Positions 50,101 to 55,183 of a DNA stretch of 55,183 nt are shown piece by piece. Where the stretch lies: assembly GCF_004010195.1 (NCBI RefSeq), contig NC_057755.1, positions 8,073,466 through 8,128,648 of the forward strand, read 5' to 3'. Position 1 is the stretch's first letter. Every line of letters starts with the position of its first letter. This stretch comes from Chiloscyllium plagiosum (taxonomy: Eukaryota). The notes under the pieces were generated by a model. It was not told the DNA's origin. It made no database searches and saw only the letters and a list, made by a program, of their open reading frames with translations. Made by a program: the position numbers and the translations under genes.

Positions 50101-52674
50101 ACACTAGATTTAAAGTGTTGTATGCCAAAAATATCCATAATTTCCTTGATCAGCCTCGCAGTCAAATTATGTGTATACTCTGACTGAACCTCTCTTGGTA
50201 GTCCCTAAAGTGTGACGAGAGCTATTAATTACCCTACCAACCGTTTTTGCATTAATACTCGGAATCGTAATTACCTCTGGAAATCTCTGGTAGACACAAC
50301 CTTTATAGTGCGCAAATACTGGATCTCACTTTTTGTTTTACGAAGGGGATCTACATAATGAAAAATAACCCATGTGAAATGTTCTTGGAATGGGGCAATT
50401 GGCGGGAATTCCATTATGACTTTCACTTTTATCACTGGCTTAGACTCTTTAACCATATTTTTACCAGTGTGCTTTTCTTTAGCGAACAACGCTGAGACTT
50501 CCCATTCCTTCTTTATTCGACTGGAAACACCTGAGGTATTTCACCTCCTTCTCACATTCCTGGGATTCTGTTTTCAACTGTGGTGAACCATTACCAGTAT
50601 TATCTACCTTTTGCTTTGTAGTGTAGGATCTCCAATTCTCCAAATTTCTCTCCCTCACGGGATGAAATTTTTGTTAGAAACTAAAGTTTGACGTATACTC
50701 TAACACATAGTCATTCTCCATCTCTGCCGCTTTTCTCACTTCTTGAAATTTCAGTTCATCCACATGAATTCTTATCAATTCTGGAAATAAGATTTTAAAC
50801 TTCACCAGCAGAATTCCCTCTCACAAAGCCTTATTGTTCTTATCTATCTTAAAGAACTGCACCCATCAATCAAAATTTGCATGTTTTGTTCTTTCGAACT
50901 CAGAATAATTCTGACTCAGTTCTTCTTTATGTTTCTGAGCCGCTGTCTATACGATTCTGTTACTAATTCAATCGCACTCAAAATAGCCTGACTGATATCT
51001 GCACACAATCTTGACCCCTTATCTGAGAGCTCCGCAAACACCTCACTAGTTCTGCTGACCACCTTAGAGTGAACTAATATTACAGGCTAGTTTACTGACC
51101 ACTCCACCTGCCTTGACAATTTGTCAAATGAAAAAGAAGGTTTCGAAATGTTTCTCATCGAAATGTGGCAGTGTTTTAACATATTTGCATACATCAGTAC
51201 ATTCTGTCTTCATCCCCACCCAGGTAACTTGATTTCCCTGAAAAATTCACAACTACTGAAGTTCAAATTCTCTCACTCTTTCTCTTTATTATCCTTCTCT
51301 TTCTCTTTCGTGTCCCTCTCTCTCTCTCTGTTTTTTCTCTCTTTCATTCTTCTGTCTTTGATCGCTGATAAACTTTTTCTAGCTTTCCTTTTCCTCTTTC
51401 TCTTTTACTTCATTCTCTCATTCTCTCTCGCTTACTTCTCTCCTGCCTCTTCTTTACCTTTCGTTATCACCTAACTGCATTTGCCCCAATTGTAATTTAA
51501 GGTTTTCGAACTGTACTACACTTGTCTGTATCTCTGATACACCGAAGTGCTCGATTAACTCCTTTACTATTTCAGCTTTCATTTTGTCGTTGTTTATACC
51601 GAATTCCAAACTATTTGTTAATTCTGAAATGTATGGCCTGTTTCTCTCTTTCTAGACTTTTTCGGCAAATTTGGGATTCGTTTTCAAACTCCACAACCTC
51701 TTTAGAAATCTCTGTCACTTTTAATTTGTCCAACCACAATTAACCAAAATTAAGTGAAATGACTCAGCTACATTTTACTTAAAGATCTAGGACACAAATC
51801 AGCACGTGTTTAAATATGGTGGAAGTTTTCGTACCCCAAATCTAATTGAAACTGTCCAAATCTCAGACTGGATTTGTATAAGCCCATTCAAACCAAAATT
51901 CGGATCACCCAAACTGTTAAAACACGGTGGTGAAAGCTTCTTTGAATTAAAGCAAACACACAGAAAAACCCACTTCGCCTTATGTTAAAATATGAATGAA
52001 AGAGAACACCCACATTATATTAATTAAAGAAAATAATATCATTTTTTTTATTTAACTCTAGTAGTGAACATTAAACAACAACTATTAACAGATCCAAACC
52101 CCCTTTCACTTCACGGCTTATTTTCTGCCTCCAAGTGGATACCAATACACTGTTCCACAAAAATACTTTAAAATTAGTACAATTGAATTTCAAAATCACA
52201 CAGCGGCTGTCGTGTTTGGTGTCATACTTCGTTTGGCTGTAAATCTCCCAGTTTTGTCCTCTTTCTTTTACTCTGAATATGTTTCATATGAAAGGACTTC
52301 GCTGATATAGAGTGTTTCGATGTCTTTTTTTGTCTTGATGGCAGTTACTCTGTTGAGCTTTCAAAATGCCGACCATTTTTATGTCCCCAACAGCAGATCG
52401 TCTCATTGATTCGAAGTTGGCAAATCAAAAAAATTCAAATTTGAATGGTTTTTCGTATCTTGAGACATAGTTTAAACTGACTGGTTAAATTCGAATGGTT
52501 CTCAAAAGAGCAACCAACTCAAGTATCCATTTCATCGCCAACTGTTACAATTTTTCAATTTTACAGTACACTCGAAGACTGCTAGCTAGTCATATGGCAG
52601 ATGTTTTTACGCTGTCTGTGCAGAAGGGCATTCACTCTATCTCAAGCTGCAGCAGACACCTCAGCATTGTAAGA
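47184..52674 (-). mobile_element. Decayed Gmr1-like LTR retrotransposon with both LTRs (47184-47930 and 51915-52674)
   Basis: ~750-bp diverged direct repeats. PPT AAAAAAAGGAATGAAGGAGG (47950-47931) abuts TG. Order on minus is gag, integrase core (YDPESQRALER), RT (NTPATFQRLMNTV, VYLDDI), RNase H (TDHNAL). Protease and Zn finger are deleted near 50445. Confidence 0.85.
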
Positions 52675-52769
52675 GTAGGCAATGGTTAATGTGTCAAAAA
52701 CATGCACATGAAGTAAAACAACTACTCACTTTTCTCTGCTGCAAAAATAATACAGGAAAGTGCCAATTT

Positions 52770-53240
52770 TGTTTGGTTGAATGCAGCCTCTCTAGGACTT
52801 TCCAACAATCAGCACGATTGCGCTTTGGCTGGTGGTAAGAAGGACACAAATTATGGGATACTTCATGCACACCAGTACTCTTCGCATCACCTTACAATGA
52901 GCTCGAAGTGGCTACGTGAGCATATCGACGCTGTACATCTCCTGTTAAAATGTGCCTTTGCAAAGGAAGTCTGGAGAAATTTCAAAAGCATTACTTTTGT
53001 TGAGGTTCGTTCCGAGCGGCCCTGTTCTCCTGGATGCAGGCCAAGAGAACGTTAATAATGACTGGAGGAAAATCAATGAAACTATTTTCTCTATCTGGAA
53101 TTGATTGGATTCCAGAGCAAGGAGTTGACTTCGATCTGGTGTGGCAGTCTGTGATAACGTTGAGGACCATGTGATAATGGATGTCGTAAACCTCGGGCAG
53201 CTGCAGCTAAAGCAGAATAGGGAAAGACAAACGTCTATTT
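52770..53240 (+). mobile_element. Tx1-like ORF2 C-terminal fragment, paralogue of 4745-5220
   Basis: LSNNQHD..HLLLKCAFAKEVWR..AAAKAE*GK. Confidence 0.7.
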
Positions 53241-53477
53241 TTTTTGTGCTGAAGATAACTAGACTTCTGTTCAGTTAACTGACCGTCCTGGGACTGTAAT
53301 TATGTGAAAGTAATATTTTTTCTTTCTTTGCTGGATAGCATCAACCTCCATTTTATTTTTGTTTCTTTGTATGCTACCAGAAAGAAACAGTGCTTCAAGC
53401 CCTACGTATTTATGGGTTTTATTTTATGAATAATGTATATTTTTGATGTAAAGGAAAGCAGCAGTTTCACAGCTAGA

Positions 53478-54987
53478 GAGTAATAGAGTCATAGAGATGT
53501 ACAGCATGGAAACAGACCCTTCCGTCCAACCTGTCCATGCGGACCAGATATTCCAACCCAATCTAGTCCCACCTGCCAGCAACCAGTCCATATCCCTCCA
53601 AACCCAACCTATTTATATACCCATCCAAATGCCTCTGAAATGTTGCAATTGTACCAGCCTCCACCACATCCTCTGGCAGCTCATTCTATACACGTACTAC
53701 CCTCTGCTTAAAAAGTTGGCCCTTCTGTCGCTCTTACATCTTTCCCCTCTTACCCTAAACCGATGCCCTCCAGTTCTGCACTCCGCGACCCCAGGGAAAA
53801 GACTTGGTCTATTTATCCTATCCATGCCCTCATAATTCTGTAAATCCCTTCAAGGTCACCCCGCAGCCTCCGACGCTCCAGGGAAAACAGCTCCAGCCTG
53901 GTCAGCTTCTCCCTGTAACTCAAATTGTCCAACCCTGGCAACATCCTTATAAATCTTTTCTGAACCCGTCTTTCCGATAGGAAGGAGACCAGAAATGCAC
54001 GCAATATTCCAACAGTGGCCTAACCAATGTCGTGTTCAGCCGCAACATGACCTCCCAAGTCCTGTACTCAATACTCTGACCAATAAAGGAAAGCATACCA
54101 AACGCCTTCTTCACCATCCTACCTACCCGCGACTCCACTTTGAAGGGGCTATGAACCAGCACTCCAAGGTCTCTTTGTTCAGTAACATTCCCAAGGACTT
54201 TACCATTAAGTGTATAAGTCCTGCTAAGATTTGCTTTCCCAAAATGCAGGACTTTGCATTAATCTGAATTAAACTCCATCTGCCACTTCTCAGCCCATTG
54301 GCTCATCTGGTCCAGATCCTGTTGTAATCTGAGATAACCCTCTTCGCTGTCCACTACACCTCCAATTTTGGTGTCATCTGCAAACTTACTAACTTTACCT
54401 CTAATGCTCACATCCAAATCATTTATGTAAATGACAAAAATAAGAGGACACAGAACCGATCCTTGTGGGACTCCACTGCTCACAGGCCTCCAGTCTAAAA
54501 AACAACCCTCCACCACCATCCTCTGTCTTCGACCTTTGAGCCGGTTGCCAGTTCTCCCTGTATTCCATGAGATCTAACCTTGCTAATCAATCTCCCATGG
54601 GGAACCTTATCGAACGCCTTACTGAAGTCCATATAGATCACATCTACTGCTCTGCCCTCATCAATCATCTTTGTTACTTCTTCAAAAACTCAGTTAAGTT
54701 TGTGAGACATGATTTCCCACGCACAAAGCCATATTTACTTTCCCGAATCAGTCATTGCCTTTCCAAATACATATACATCCTGTCCCTCAGGATTCCCTCC
54801 AACAACTTGCCCACGACTGAGGTCAAGCTCACCGGTCTATAGTTCCCTGACTTGTCTTTACCGCCCTTCTTAAACATTGGCACCACGTTTGCCAACCTCC
54901 AGTCTTCTGGCACCTCACCTGTGACTACCGATGATACAAATATCTCAGCAAGAGGCTCAGCAATCACTTCTCTAGCTTCCCACAGAG
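53478..54987 (-). mobile_element. Younger CR1-type LINE, 5'-truncated (RT domain to 3' tail)
   Basis: PEDWRLANVVPMFKKG..NYRPVSLTSVVGK, SGVPQGS, KFADDTK, LVRPLLEYC, RRLRGDL. Tail of ATAGAGTC-type repeats. Frameshifted. Confidence 0.92.
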
Positions 54988-55160
54988 TTATAAGACCATA
55001 AGACCATAAGACATAGGAGTGGAAGTAAGGCCATTCGGCCCATCGAGTCCACTCCGCCATTCAATCATGGCTGATGCGCATTTCAGCTCCACTTACCAGC
55101 GTTCTCCCCGTAGCCCTTAATTCCTCTAGACAACAAGAATCTATCAATCTCGGCCTTGAA
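54988..55160 (-). mobile_element. 3' tail of a second CR1-type element
   Basis: (ATAAGACC)n tail followed by a CR1-like 3' UTR stem. Confidence 0.7.
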
Positions 55161-55183
55161 CTGGACTTCATTGAGTTGTAGAA

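Noticed and set aside
53478..54987. Active LINE or domesticated reverse transcriptase gene
   Set aside because: 5'-truncated, with internal deletions and frameshifts splitting ORF2 into short pieces.

Overview
Eukaryotic, vertebrate DNA, most likely an elasmobranch (shark), inferred from HE1/V-SINE-type tRNA-SINEs plus CR1, Tx1 and Penelope-like repeats. The window is part of a tandem array of small two-exon class A GPCR genes of the GPR139/GPR142-like type, all on the minus strand. Gene A is intact (exons 12866-12800 and 9556-8685, 312 aa), copy B is a disrupted pseudogene (19210-18352), and gene C is intact (exons 45418-45352 and 41991-41126, 310 aa). The copies share intron ends, a 3' UTR with an aligned AATAAA, and a downstream CA/GA-rich tract. 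Genes A and C also share a proximal promoter with an O/E(EBF)-like site. The rest is decayed transposable elements: four Gmr1-type gypsy LTR elements (integrase before RT in the three that include RT), one nested in another and two apparently copies of one insertion; Penelope-like elements with minimal hammerhead ribozyme motifs; CR1 and Tx1 LINE fragments; and SINEs. Most short ORFs in the supplied track are repeat-derived or low-complexity noise. All alignments were done by eye and repeat boundaries are approximate.
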